Assembly (NCBI GenBank): GCA_017503735.1
Contig: JAFVSN010000005.1
Location: forward strand, 7,628 to 71,627
Origin: Lachnospiraceae bacterium
Lineage (GTDB): Bacteria > Bacillota > Clostridia > Lachnospirales > Lachnospiraceae
Direction of reading: 5' to 3'
DNA: 64,000 nt
Shown: piece after piece, positions 14,390 through 23,326 of the stretch
Layout of the letters: the number at the start of each line of letters is the position of its first letter
How positions within the stretch are numbered: position 1 is the stretch's first letter
Program-made: the position numbers and the translations under genes
Notes under the pieces: generated by a model
What the model was told of the DNA's origin: nothing
The model's database searches: none
The model's input: the letters and a program-made list of their open reading frames with translations, nothing else

Positions 14390-16906
14390 CTAATTGTTAC
14401 TCTTTGCGGTGTCAATGCCTGCGGCGCCGACTAAACCGAGACGCTCCGCAGCTTCTTCACGCATTTTATATTTTAACACTTTTCCCGCTGCATTCATAGG
14501 GAAAGATTTCACAAATTCGATATATTTCGGAACTTTATGACGGGCCATGCTTGCGGCGATGTAGTCATGCATTTCCTCTATGGTCATGGACTTGCCGTCC
14601 TTTAAGATAATGCAAGCCATGGCTTCCTCACCGTACTTTTTATCCGGAACACCGATGACCTGTACATCCTGTACATTCGGATGGGTGTAAATGAATTCCT
14701 CGATTTCTTTCGGATAAATGTTTTCACCGCCACGGATAATCATATCCTTAAGACGGCCGGTGATGCGGTAGTTGCCGTCTTTATCCCGGCAGGCAAGGTC
14801 ACCGGAGTGGAGCCAGCCCTGTGCATCTACGGTACCGCGGGTTGCTTCCGGCATCTTATAGTAGCCCTTCATGGTATTGTAACCGCGGGAACAGAATTCG
14901 CCGTTTTCGCCGTCTGCCACTTCTTCGCCGGTTTCCGGATCGATAATTTTACACTCGATGTGAGGGAAGTTATAACCTACGGTGTCGCAACGTAAGTCTA
15001 ACGGGTCGGTCCATGCGGACATGGTGCTTCCCGGAGAAGACTCGGTCTGTCCGTATACGCTGACGATGCCGATCATATTCATTTCGTTAGGATCTGCCGC
15101 ACGGCGCATTAATTCCGGTGGGCACCCCGCACCTGCCATAATACCGGTACGCATATGGGAGAAGTCCGTCTTTCTGTAATCTTCGTGATTGAACATTGCG
15201 ATAAACATAGTCGGTACGCCGTTAAAGCAGGTGATACGCTCCTGATTGATGCAGGCCAGAGAGGACTTCGCGGAGAAGTACGGCATCGGGCATACGGTTG
15301 CACCGTGGGTCAGGGAAGCGGTCATGGAAAGTACCATACCGAAACAATGGAACATCGGTACCTGAATCATCATACGGTCCGCGGTGGAGAGCCCCATGCG
15401 GTCACCGATACATTTTCCGTTGTTGACTACATTATAATGGGTTAACATAACGCCCTTCGGGAAGCCGGTGGTTCCGGAGGTGTACTGCATATTACATACA
15501 TCTTCCGGCTTTACTCTTGCTGCCATACGGTTCAGTTCTTCCTGCGGAACTAAGTTACCGCGTTCCATGGCTTCGTCAAAGGTAAGACATCCCGGCTGCT
15601 TAAAGCCTACGGTGATAACGTTACGAAGGAACGGAAGACGTTTACAATGCAGCGGTTCCCCCGGTTTGCTTGTGGCAATTTCCGGACAAATCTCATTGAT
15701 GATTTCTCTATAGTTGGAATCCAGACAGGACTCTACCATAACTAAGGTGTGGGTATCGGACTGGCGGAACAAATAGTCTGCCTCGTGTCTTTTATAGGCG
15801 GTATTCACCGTAACCAAAACCGCACCGATTTTGGTGGTAGCCCAAAAGGTGATGAACCATGCCGGAACGTTGGTTGCCCAGATGGATACTTTGCTTCCGG
15901 CCTTTACACCCATGGAAATCAATGCCTTTGCAAATTGGTCTACATCCTCACGGAACTGTTCGTAGGTACGCACATAATCCAATGTGGTATATTTGAACGC
16001 ATACTGATCCGGGAACTCTTCTACCATACGATCCAGTACCTGAGAGAATGTCAGATTGATTAACTCATCCTTCTTCCATACATACTGACCGGTACCGTCA
16101 TGGTTCGGATACAATGCTTTTTTCTTGCCACGGGTCTTTTCAAAGCGGCTCATATAGTTGACAAAGTGGGTAAAAATCACCTCGTAATCCGGCAAATCTT
16201 CCATCCATTCGGTCTTCCACTCTAAGGAAATAAAGCCATCGTAGTCGATGGAAGAGAGGGCGCGCATAATGTCCGCCACCGGCATGGAACCTTCGCCGAT
16301 TAAGTTGTAGGTATCCTTGTCATCGGAGTCACGTAAGTGTACATGTTTTACATAAGCTCCGAGATTTTTAATGGTAGTATCCGCGCTTTCCTCACAGTCC
16401 CGGTACGGATGCTGTACATCCCATAATGCAGCCAGATAGTCGCAGGCAAAATCATCCAACATGGAGCGCAGACGGGCGGTGTCGGAAAAAATACCGCTGG
16501 TCTTCACAAGAACGGTTACTTCTGCAGCCTCTGCCTCCTGTAATAATTCGGTTAAACGGGTGCGGACAAGGTCTTCTTTATCCTGCAGGGCAACTACGGA
16601 TACATACGGTACCTCGGCCTGCTTTGCAATCTGGATTAATTGTTTTACCAAGGCAACCGCGTCGTTTCCCTCTACGGACAAATCGCAGGAGGTATCAAAA
16701 CACGGAATGGAGAGCCTCTTTTCTCTCAACTGACGAACGGTTGCGCCGATGTTATATTTATGGAACGGGCCGCTTTTTTCAGCCAAGGAAGGAACGTAAG
16801 GTAAATTGTAAACTTCCACACCTTCAAAGCGCATATCTACGCCGGCGGCAAGCCATTCTTCCCATGACAGGTGGGACCAACCTCTGGTAGAAAATGAAAG
16901 TTTCAT
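14390..16906 (-). CDS. Fusion protein: N-terminal xylose-isomerase-like TIM-barrel domain plus C-terminal AMP-forming acyl-CoA synthetase/ligase
   Basis: Residues 1 to about 265 form an AP_endonuc_2/sugar-phosphate-isomerase-like barrel (FEGVEVYN, HVHLRD, ISLEW). From about residue 290, all ANL adenylation motifs are present: YTSGTTGFPKG, YGQTE, SGD, GRLKDMIIRGGENIYP and the catalytic-Lys region AAGKVLK. RBS AGGAGG lies within the last codons of the upstream gene, with a 3-nt gap. Confidence 0.85.
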   Translation of the reverse strand: MKLSFSTRGWSHLSWEEWLAAGVDMRFEGVEVYNLPYVPSLAEKSGPFHKYNIGATVRQLREKRLSIPCFDTSCDLSVEGNDAVALVKQLIQIAKQAEVPYVSVVALQDKEDLVRTRLTELLQEAEAAEVTVLVKTSGIFSDTARLRSMLDDFACDYLAALWDVQHPYRDCEESADTTIKNLGAYVKHVHLRDSDDKDTYNLIGEGSMPVADIMRALSSIDYDGFISLEWKTEWMEDLPDYEVIFTHFVNYMSRFEKTRGKKKALYPNHDGTGQYVWKKDELINLTFSQVLDRMVEEFPDQYAFKYTTLDYVRTYEQFREDVDQFAKALISMGVKAGSKVSIWATNVPAWFITFWATTKIGAVLVTVNTAYKRHEADYLFRQSDTHTLVMVESCLDSNYREIINEICPEIATSKPGEPLHCKRLPFLRNVITVGFKQPGCLTFDEAMERGNLVPQEELNRMAARVKPEDVCNMQYTSGTTGFPKGVMLTHYNVVNNGKCIGDRMGLSTADRMMIQVPMFHCFGMVLSMTASLTHGATVCPMPYFSAKSSLACINQERITCFNGVPTMFIAMFNHEDYRKTDFSHMRTGIMAGAGCPPELMRRAADPNEMNMIGIVSVYGQTESSPGSTMSAWTDPLDLRCDTVGYNFPHIECKIIDPETGEEVADGENGEFCSRGYNTMKGYYKMPEATRGTVDAQGWLHSGDLACRDKDGNYRITGRLKDMIIRGGENIYPKEIEEFIYTHPNVQDVQVIGVPDKKYGEEAMACIILKDGKSMTIEEMHDYIAASMARHKVPKYIEFVKSFPMNAAGKVLKYKMREEAAERLGLVGAAGIDTAKSNN

Positions 16907-16909
16907 GGA

Positions 16910-18316
16910 TTAAGCCTCCTCATAAACAATTTTATTGATGGCACTGATATAGGCCTGAATACTGGAGCCGATAATATCAGTGGAAGTTCCGCGGCCGGAA
17001 TAGAGTTTTCCGTGGTCACGGAGCTTGATGATGGTTTCACCCATTGCCTCACGGCCTTCCGTTACGGAACGAATCTGGAAATCGTCCAGCTCGTAATGAC
17101 GGCCCAGAATATTTTCCAAAGCAAGGAATGCCGCATCCACCGGACCGTCGCCCAATGCAACACCCTCTAAGGTCTGGCCGTTCTTCTCAAGCTTCATCTG
17201 AGCCATGGAAGATGCGGTATTGCCGGCGGTAATGTGATAGCTGGTTAATATGTAAGTGGCCGGTACCTGCATAGCTGCGGAAGCGACGATGGTGTCCAGT
17301 TCCTTGGAGGAAATAACGTCTTTGCGTGCCGCTATCTTCCCGAATGCCTCCCATACCTTTGCACTGTCTTCTTCACTTAAGTCATAGCCTAATTTTTCAA
17401 CCGCTTTTAATACGGTAGTCATGGTATCCTGCGCGGTAAGGTTCATTTCCTCTACGTCATCCTGTACTCCGTTGTCAAACGGGGAATTCTTGCTGCGGGT
17501 GGTTTCGCAAATCCATGTAATTTGCTTTACGATGCGGTTCATTTCTACGGTACGAACCGAGCAAGTCACGCCGAAAGAATCTCCTCTGGTTGCAAGCAAA
17601 CGTGCAATGTTTGCAAGGGAAATCTGATTGGTGCAGTAAGCGGATGCCTTGATTTCCCGCACACCGTGCTTAATGGCCGCAATGGCACAGGCATCTGCCA
17701 TGGCCAATTCGTTGGAGCAGGAAAGACCGAGAACCACATTCTGAAGCTCCGGAACATTTTTATTTAAAGCATCAAAAAATTCGGCAAACTCTTCCGGAAG
17801 CATGGCACCGGTAGCGTCACATACCGTAACGGTTTTTGCACCGGCTGCAATGGCGGTTTTGATCGCCTGATATAAAAATGCTGCGTCGCTTCTGGTGGCA
17901 TCGTCTGCAATAAATTCAACATCCGGGGTCTTTTCGCAACATGCGGTTACGATTTCCTCGATGGCTTTTAACATGGCATCCGGTTTCTTGTGGAATAAGT
18001 ATTCCATTTGCACGGGACTGACGGAAGCCAATACCTGCAAACGAGGATTTTTTGCTTCTTTTACCGCATTCCATGTGGTCTCAACGCTTTCCGTATTTAA
18101 AGAAACCGGCACGGCAACAATACTGTTTTTTACTGCTGCTGCAATAGATTTGATGCGGAGCGCATCTACCTTCGGTTGGGAAATACCTTCCAGTTCGATG
18201 ACAGTTACATTTAGTTTATCTAATAGTTTCGGCAACTCGATTTTTTCTTTAAAGGATAGGGAGAATTCTTTCCCAGTCTGTTTTAACGTTGTGTCGCTGA
18301 TTCTGATTTGGTTCAT
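16910..18316 (-). CDS. 2-isopropylmalate synthase (LeuA/DRE-TIM) paralogue with substituted catalytic/metal residues and an intact C-terminal LeuA-type regulatory domain
   Basis: 468 aa from ATG 18316, with RBS AAAGGAGA. It is collinear with LeuA, but DTTLRDGEQ is DTTLKQTGKE, HxHxDxG is SCSNELA, NGIGERAGN is YCTNQISLAN, and ESGIHQDG is SPFDNGVQDD. The C-terminal approximately 130 aa keep the LeuA_dimer-like pattern (GDGPVDAAF...GREAMGE...GRGTSTDIIGSSIQAYISAIN). Confidence 0.8.
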   Translation of the reverse strand: MNQIRISDTTLKQTGKEFSLSFKEKIELPKLLDKLNVTVIELEGISQPKVDALRIKSIAAAVKNSIVAVPVSLNTESVETTWNAVKEAKNPRLQVLASVSPVQMEYLFHKKPDAMLKAIEEIVTACCEKTPDVEFIADDATRSDAAFLYQAIKTAIAAGAKTVTVCDATGAMLPEEFAEFFDALNKNVPELQNVVLGLSCSNELAMADACAIAAIKHGVREIKASAYCTNQISLANIARLLATRGDSFGVTCSVRTVEMNRIVKQITWICETTRSKNSPFDNGVQDDVEEMNLTAQDTMTTVLKAVEKLGYDLSEEDSAKVWEAFGKIAARKDVISSKELDTIVASAAMQVPATYILTSYHITAGNTASSMAQMKLEKNGQTLEGVALGDGPVDAAFLALENILGRHYELDDFQIRSVTEGREAMGETIIKLRDHGKLYSGRGTSTDIIGSSIQAYISAINKIVYEEA

Positions 18317-18473
18317 GATTTTGTCTCCTTTCATTTTACCTGTTTTCGCGCTGGCGATGCTTTGCATCAGCCCCCACCTCGTGACTCCGTCACTCGGTCG
18401 TGGGCGCGTTCGCATGCTCAGCGAGTTCGGAAGCAAGCTTCCGAACTCGCTTCGATGTTCACTTTGCCAGCAC

Positions 18474-18742
18474 GAAAAAAAGTCCCTGAAGTCATATGAC
18501 TCCAAGGACGAATAAACGATTCGCGGTACCACCTTGCTTACAGCCTCCTTACGGAAAACTGTCACTCTCGGACTCTATTAAGCCCATAGCCGATAACGAG
18601 GCTGACCGTACTCCACTACACAAATAGATATCCTTCGCAGAGTCGACTCGGGAGTGAGATTGCTGTCTTCCATCCGTACCGGTTCGCACCAACCACCGGC
18701 TCTCTGAAACCCTCAAAAAAGAAGCATAATTCCGTCACAGTC
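18474..18742 (-). promoter_or_regulatory. T-box riboswitch leader; probable Leu specifier CUC
   Basis: Read on the minus strand: a K-turn-like GACUGUGACGG...CCCGAGUC base, AG bulge AGAGAG, distal-loop GGUGCGAA, an F-box-like CUCGUUA, the T-box core GGUGGUACCGCG (+ strand 18522-18533), then a terminator stem (18482-18509) plus U7. In the specifier-loop region (AAUCUCACU) CUC is the only triplet followed by a purine. The UGGU bulge matches discriminator A73. Confidence 0.85.
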
Positions 18743-18767
18743 ATTCTTATCAATTAAAAACGAGACA

Positions 18768-18796
18768 ATTATAACACGTCAACGTGACAAAGTCAA
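18768..18796 (-). promoter_or_regulatory. Consensus SigA-type promoter for the T-box leader
   Basis: On the minus strand: TTGACT (18796-18791), a 17-nt spacer, then TATAAT (18773-18768). Confidence 0.7.
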
Positions 18797-18934
18797 TTCC
18801 CTTTTTTAAAAAAATAAGAGGATGTAAAAAAGCAGTAAAGAATGAAAAAGAAAGAAAACATTATTAATAAAAAGGTATCTCTTTTTGAATAAATGTGGTA
18901 TAATCAATCTGGGGATAAAGAGGGATAAAAACGA

Positions 18935-20761
18935 ATGGAGCAAAAGAAGAGGAGAAGGAAACGTATCGGAGGTAGCATGAAGATGGCAAAAGAAAAGAAA
19001 CAAAAAAAGTTGCGGGACGGTGAGAACGAACCGAAAAAGGCGCGTGGGAAAAAGAAGCGAGGTAAGATTACCCGGATGCATATGATTCAGTCCAAAATAC
19101 ACACTCTTGTTATTTTGGGCGTTGCGTTGGCGGTAGGGGCAACGGTGTTTCTTATGATATCATATGTAAAAGAACTGGTAATCGATTCCGCTTACGGTAA
19201 GATGTTGAATATGGCAACTTCCTACGGACGTTTGATCGATCAGGAAGAAGCTAAATTAGACAACTCGATTTCCAGAAAGTATATGTCTACGGAACAATTT
19301 GAAACCATTTTGGACGGAATGGAAATAACGGGTCTGAATGAGTTTGAGTGTATCGTTGCACACCGGACCGGTATTATTGCGTATCATCCGGACAAAGAAC
19401 AAATCGGAAAGCCGATCAAAATCGGGTTAATAACCGATGTGGTAGCAAGTATTAACCAGGGAAATGTGTTGGAGAATATGTGTGCCGAATATGAAGTGGA
19501 CGGAAAGAAGATGTATGCAAGCTTCTATGTTACGGTAAATAAGTCCATTATGGTAATTTCAACAAGCAGTTCCGAATTGATGCGTCCGGTAACGGAGATG
19601 TCCGTCATTGCGGTCGGTGTAGCATTGTTGGTACTTGCGGTAATTATCGGAGTGTCCACCTATGCCATCGGACGTTTTACAAAGCCGTTGAAGCAGCTGA
19701 CGGGAATTATTGAGGATACGGCGAAACTAAAAATCAGGCTTCCGGAGAATATGGACGCATTGTGTTCCAGAAGAGATGAGACGGGTATGATCAGCCGTGC
19801 CGTTAGGGAAATGAACAGTAATTTGTATGATGTGGTAACACGGATGGATCAGACCAACAATAGCATAAATGAAAACATGACGAAACTGGAAGAGTCCAGT
19901 AATCAGGTACATATGTTTTGTACGGATAATTCCGCTACAACGGAGCAATTGGCGGCCAGTGCGGAGCAGGTGTCCGAGATGACCAAAGTAATGAACCGTC
20001 ATATGGAAGATATGAGGGCACAGGCAGAAGAAATCGGAAAAGAGACAGAAAAGAGCAACCGCTTTTCCGAAGAAGTGGCAGGACGTGCACAGGAAATGCA
20101 ACATTCCACCCGGAGAGCCATTGACAATACAAGGGAAATGTACGGACGGATTCAGGCGAGAACGAAAGCTGCATTGGAAGGTCTTTCTTCGGTTACGAAA
20201 ATCAATGAGCTGACCCGGTCGATTGTGGAAATTTCCGATCAGACCAGCATGCTTGCTTTAAATGCAAGTATCGAAGCGGCAAGAGCAGGCGAAGCGGGAA
20301 AGGGCTTTACGGTGGTTTCGCAGGAAATCAGTAAGTTGGCACAGCGTTCTTTGGCTTCGGTGAATGATATTAATGCAATTATCGGGGAAGTGAATATAGC
20401 AGTTCATAACATTACCGAGAGCATGGAGAACACCACCCGCTTTTTGGAACAGAGTGTGTTGGAGGACTATGACGGATTTAACCGCACCGGTGCACAGTAT
20501 ATGGCGGATGCGGATACATTCCGAGTGCGGATGGACAATATTTCCGAACAGATTCAGGCGTTAAACGAGGCAATCCGGGACATTTCCGCAGCAGTGGAAA
20601 ACATTTCCGTAACGATGAATGAGACTTCTACCGGCGTTATGGATATTTCGGATAAAACGGCGAACGTGGTGAATGCTACCAGTGATAACTACACGTTGGC
20701 AAACGATACGGCAGAACGTGTACAGGAGTTGCGCAGTATCGTGGATCGGTTTGAGTATTAG
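18935..20761 (+). CDS. Methyl-accepting chemotaxis protein
   Basis: Highly conserved signalling hairpin [35 protein letters not shown]. There are TM helices, a HAMP-like segment and an extracellular sensor domain. The start is uncertain: ATG 18935, or ATG 18983 with a GGAGG RBS, or ATG 19076. Confidence 0.85.
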   Translation: MEQKKRRRKRIGGSMKMAKEKKQKKLRDGENEPKKARGKKKRGKITRMHMIQSKIHTLVILGVALAVGATVFLMISYVKELVIDSAYGKMLNMATSYGRLIDQEEAKLDNSISRKYMSTEQFETILDGMEITGLNEFECIVAHRTGIIAYHPDKEQIGKPIKIGLITDVVASINQGNVLENMCAEYEVDGKKMYASFYVTVNKSIMVISTSSSELMRPVTEMSVIAVGVALLVLAVIIGVSTYAIGRFTKPLKQLTGIIEDTAKLKIRLPENMDALCSRRDETGMISRAVREMNSNLYDVVTRMDQTNNSINENMTKLEESSNQVHMFCTDNSATTEQLAASAEQVSEMTKVMNRHMEDMRAQAEEIGKETEKSNRFSEEVAGRAQEMQHSTRRAIDNTREMYGRIQARTKAALEGLSSVTKINELTRSIVEISDQTSMLALNASIEAARAGEAGKGFTVVSQEISKLAQRSLASVNDINAIIGEVNIAVHNITESMENTTRFLEQSVLEDYDGFNRTGAQYMADADTFRVRMDNISEQIQALNEAIRDISAAVENISVTMNETSTGVMDISDKTANVVNATSDNYTLANDTAERVQELRSIVDRFEY

Positions 20762-20779
20762 TATACGGAGACGCTGCTT

Positions 20780-23266
20780 ATGGTGATAAAAATTCTGAAT
20801 GAAAATTGGAGAGTAAAGGACAGAAGCTGGGATAATGATATCCCGGCTTCTGTGCATGGTGACTTATATACGGATTTATTAAAGGGGAATGTAATTGAGG
20901 ATCCGTACTACAGAGACAATGAATTGGCGGTATTGCCGTTGTCCGAAAAGGAATATGAGTATCGGACTGTGTTTACGGCAGAGGATGAGGTGCTTGGATA
21001 TGAACGGGTATTGTTGCGATTTGAAGGAATCGATACCCTTGCCGATGTTTATGTAAATGAGGCTTGTGTCGGGACGGCATACAATATGCACCGGACCTGG
21101 GAATTTGATGTAAAGGAACAGATAAAGGCAGGAGAGAATACCCTTACGGTGGTATTTCATTCACCGACGGCATATATCCGGGAAAAGTATGCAACGAAAC
21201 GATTGGACGGCACTTCGGATGCAATGAGGGGATTCCCGTATTTGCGAAAGGCGCATTGTATGTTCGGCTGGGATTGGGGTCCGAGACTTCCCGGTGCAGG
21301 GCTTTGGCGTCCGGTTTCTCTGGTAGCATATGATGTGGCTAGAATTGACAGTACTTATGTGACACAGAAGCATGAAAACGGAGAGGTGTTGTTACATACA
21401 CGGGTAGAACTGGAAACAGCCCTTGCGGAACGGTTTGTATTCGGGAAGGAACCCTCTCTTTTATTTAAGGCAGAGCCGGAGTTAAAGAAGCTTTTTGTAA
21501 AGACAGAAGTAACAGACCCGGACGGAACGGTTGTGGCTATCGGAAACGGAACGTCGGAACTTCGGATTGATAATCCGAGACTTTGGTGGCCGGCAGGGTT
21601 CGGCGACCAGCCGTTGTATACGGTAAAAGTGTCGCTGTTTTATGAAGACCGGGAGTTGGATGTTTGGGAACGGAGAATCGGATTGCGTACCATGACCATG
21701 GCTACGGAAAAAGATGCTTACGGCGAGACGTTTGCCCATAAGGTAAACGGAGTGGAGATATTTGCCATGGGTGCGGATTACATTCCGGAGGATAACCTGC
21801 TTGCAAGAACGAGTCCGGAACGGACCAGACGCTTGCTTACGGATGCAAAACTTGCAAATTTTAATTGTATCCGTGTCTGGGGCGGCGGTTATTATCCGGA
21901 GGATTGGTTTTACGATATCTGTGATGAACTGGGATTGATGGTGTGGCAGGACTTTATGTTTGCCTGTGCGGTTTATGATTTGACGGATGAATTCGAGGAA
22001 AATATCGTTGCGGAATTAAAAGACAACATAAAGCGTTTGCGTCACCATGCTTCTTTGGGGCTGTGGTGCGGAAACAATGAGATGGAGCTTTTTGTGAAGC
22101 AGGGAGAATGGGTAAATTTCCCGAAGGAAAAGAGTGATTATGTGAAGATGTATGAGTACATTTTCCCGAAGCTTTTAAAGGAGTATGATCCGGAGACCTT
22201 TTATTGGCCGGCAAGCCCGTCCAGCGGCGGTTGCTTTGACGAGCCGAATGATGAGAACAGGGGAGATGTTCATTACTGGGAGGTTTGGCACGGAAACAAG
22301 CCGATTACCGAGTACCGGAAGTTCTATTTCCGTTATCTTTCGGAGTTTGGATTCCAGTCCTTCCCTTCGGTAAAGACGATTGAAACTTTTACGTTGCCGG
22401 AGGATCGGAATATTTATTCCTATGTGATGGAAAAGCATCAGAGAAATGCGGCGGCAAACGGAAAAATGTCGAATTATATGTCCCAGACCTATTTGTATCC
22501 TACTACCTTTGACACAGTGGTATATGCCTCTCAGCTTTTGCAGGCGCAGGCCATTCGTTACGGGGTGGAACATTTCCGCAGATGGCGGGGACGTTGTATG
22601 GGAACGGTAATTTGGCAGCTAAACGATTGCTGGCCGGTGGCAAGTTGGTCTTCCATCGATTATTACGGCAGATGGAAAGCATTGCACTACTATGCAAAAC
22701 GGTTCTTTGCACCGGTGCTTTTATCCTGTGAAGAAGAAGGAATTTTGACACAGGATACCAATCCGAATGCGGAACCGTATGAGGTGGTAAAATCGGTAAG
22801 ATTTAATGTCAGCAACGAAACCATGCAGGATAAGGATGTCATTGTGGAATGGATGCTTTGTGACGCCGAAGGTGCGCAAAAGGAATGCCGTGAGACGGAA
22901 GTAAAGGTTCCGGCACTGCAAGCGGTATGGTTGGAAAAGGAAGCACTCCCGCAGGCAGACTTATACACAGACCATGTTTTTTACAGACTGAAGGAGAACG
23001 GAGAAGTTTTGGCAGAAGGAAGTGTGATTTTCTGTCAACCGAAGTACTATAAGTTTGTAGATCCGCAGCTTACCTTCCGGGTAGAGGGAAATGAAATCAT
23101 AGTAAAGTCCGAAGGGTATGCAAAGGATGTGGAAATTCTGAATGCAGAGGAAGATTTGCTTCTTTCGGATAATTACTTTGACATGGAACCGGGAGAACGC
23201 AGGGTAACCATATGCAGAGGCAATACGGAAGGAATCAGGGTGCGCAGTACCTATGATATTCGATAA
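20780..23266 (+). CDS. Glycoside hydrolase family 2, beta-mannosidase-like
   Basis: 828 aa, with N-terminal W.VKD....IPASVHGDLYTDLL..G.I.DPYY, and WWPAGFGDQPLY and WQDFMFAC motifs typical of GH2 beta-mannosidases. Confidence 0.75.
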   Translation: MVIKILNENWRVKDRSWDNDIPASVHGDLYTDLLKGNVIEDPYYRDNELAVLPLSEKEYEYRTVFTAEDEVLGYERVLLRFEGIDTLADVYVNEACVGTAYNMHRTWEFDVKEQIKAGENTLTVVFHSPTAYIREKYATKRLDGTSDAMRGFPYLRKAHCMFGWDWGPRLPGAGLWRPVSLVAYDVARIDSTYVTQKHENGEVLLHTRVELETALAERFVFGKEPSLLFKAEPELKKLFVKTEVTDPDGTVVAIGNGTSELRIDNPRLWWPAGFGDQPLYTVKVSLFYEDRELDVWERRIGLRTMTMATEKDAYGETFAHKVNGVEIFAMGADYIPEDNLLARTSPERTRRLLTDAKLANFNCIRVWGGGYYPEDWFYDICDELGLMVWQDFMFACAVYDLTDEFEENIVAELKDNIKRLRHHASLGLWCGNNEMELFVKQGEWVNFPKEKSDYVKMYEYIFPKLLKEYDPETFYWPASPSSGGCFDEPNDENRGDVHYWEVWHGNKPITEYRKFYFRYLSEFGFQSFPSVKTIETFTLPEDRNIYSYVMEKHQRNAAANGKMSNYMSQTYLYPTTFDTVVYASQLLQAQAIRYGVEHFRRWRGRCMGTVIWQLNDCWPVASWSSIDYYGRWKALHYYAKRFFAPVLLSCEEEGILTQDTNPNAEPYEVVKSVRFNVSNETMQDKDVIVEWMLCDAEGAQKECRETEVKVPALQAVWLEKEALPQADLYTDHVFYRLKENGEVLAEGSVIFCQPKYYKFVDPQLTFRVEGNEIIVKSEGYAKDVEILNAEEDLLLSDNYFDMEPGERRVTICRGNTEGIRVRSTYDIR

Positions 23267-23326
23267 AGAATCGTACAGGCGAAGCTGCGGAGAAATGTTC
23301 GGTGTGGCGAAGGAAGAGGAGACGGA

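Noticed and set aside
14323-14415. A 31-codon N-terminal extension of the PFOR ORF overlapping the upstream gene
   Set aside because: PFOR homology begins at MAKNFVTMDGNEAAAH, with its own RBS at ATG 14322. The extension overlaps the 3' end of the ligase gene.
18317-18565. An N-terminal 83-codon extension of the LeuA-like ORF in the ORF track (start at 18565)
   Set aside because: The extension runs through the T-box terminator and leader hairpins. A strong RBS (AAAGGAGA) precedes ATG 18316, where homology to LeuA begins (MNQIRISDTTL).
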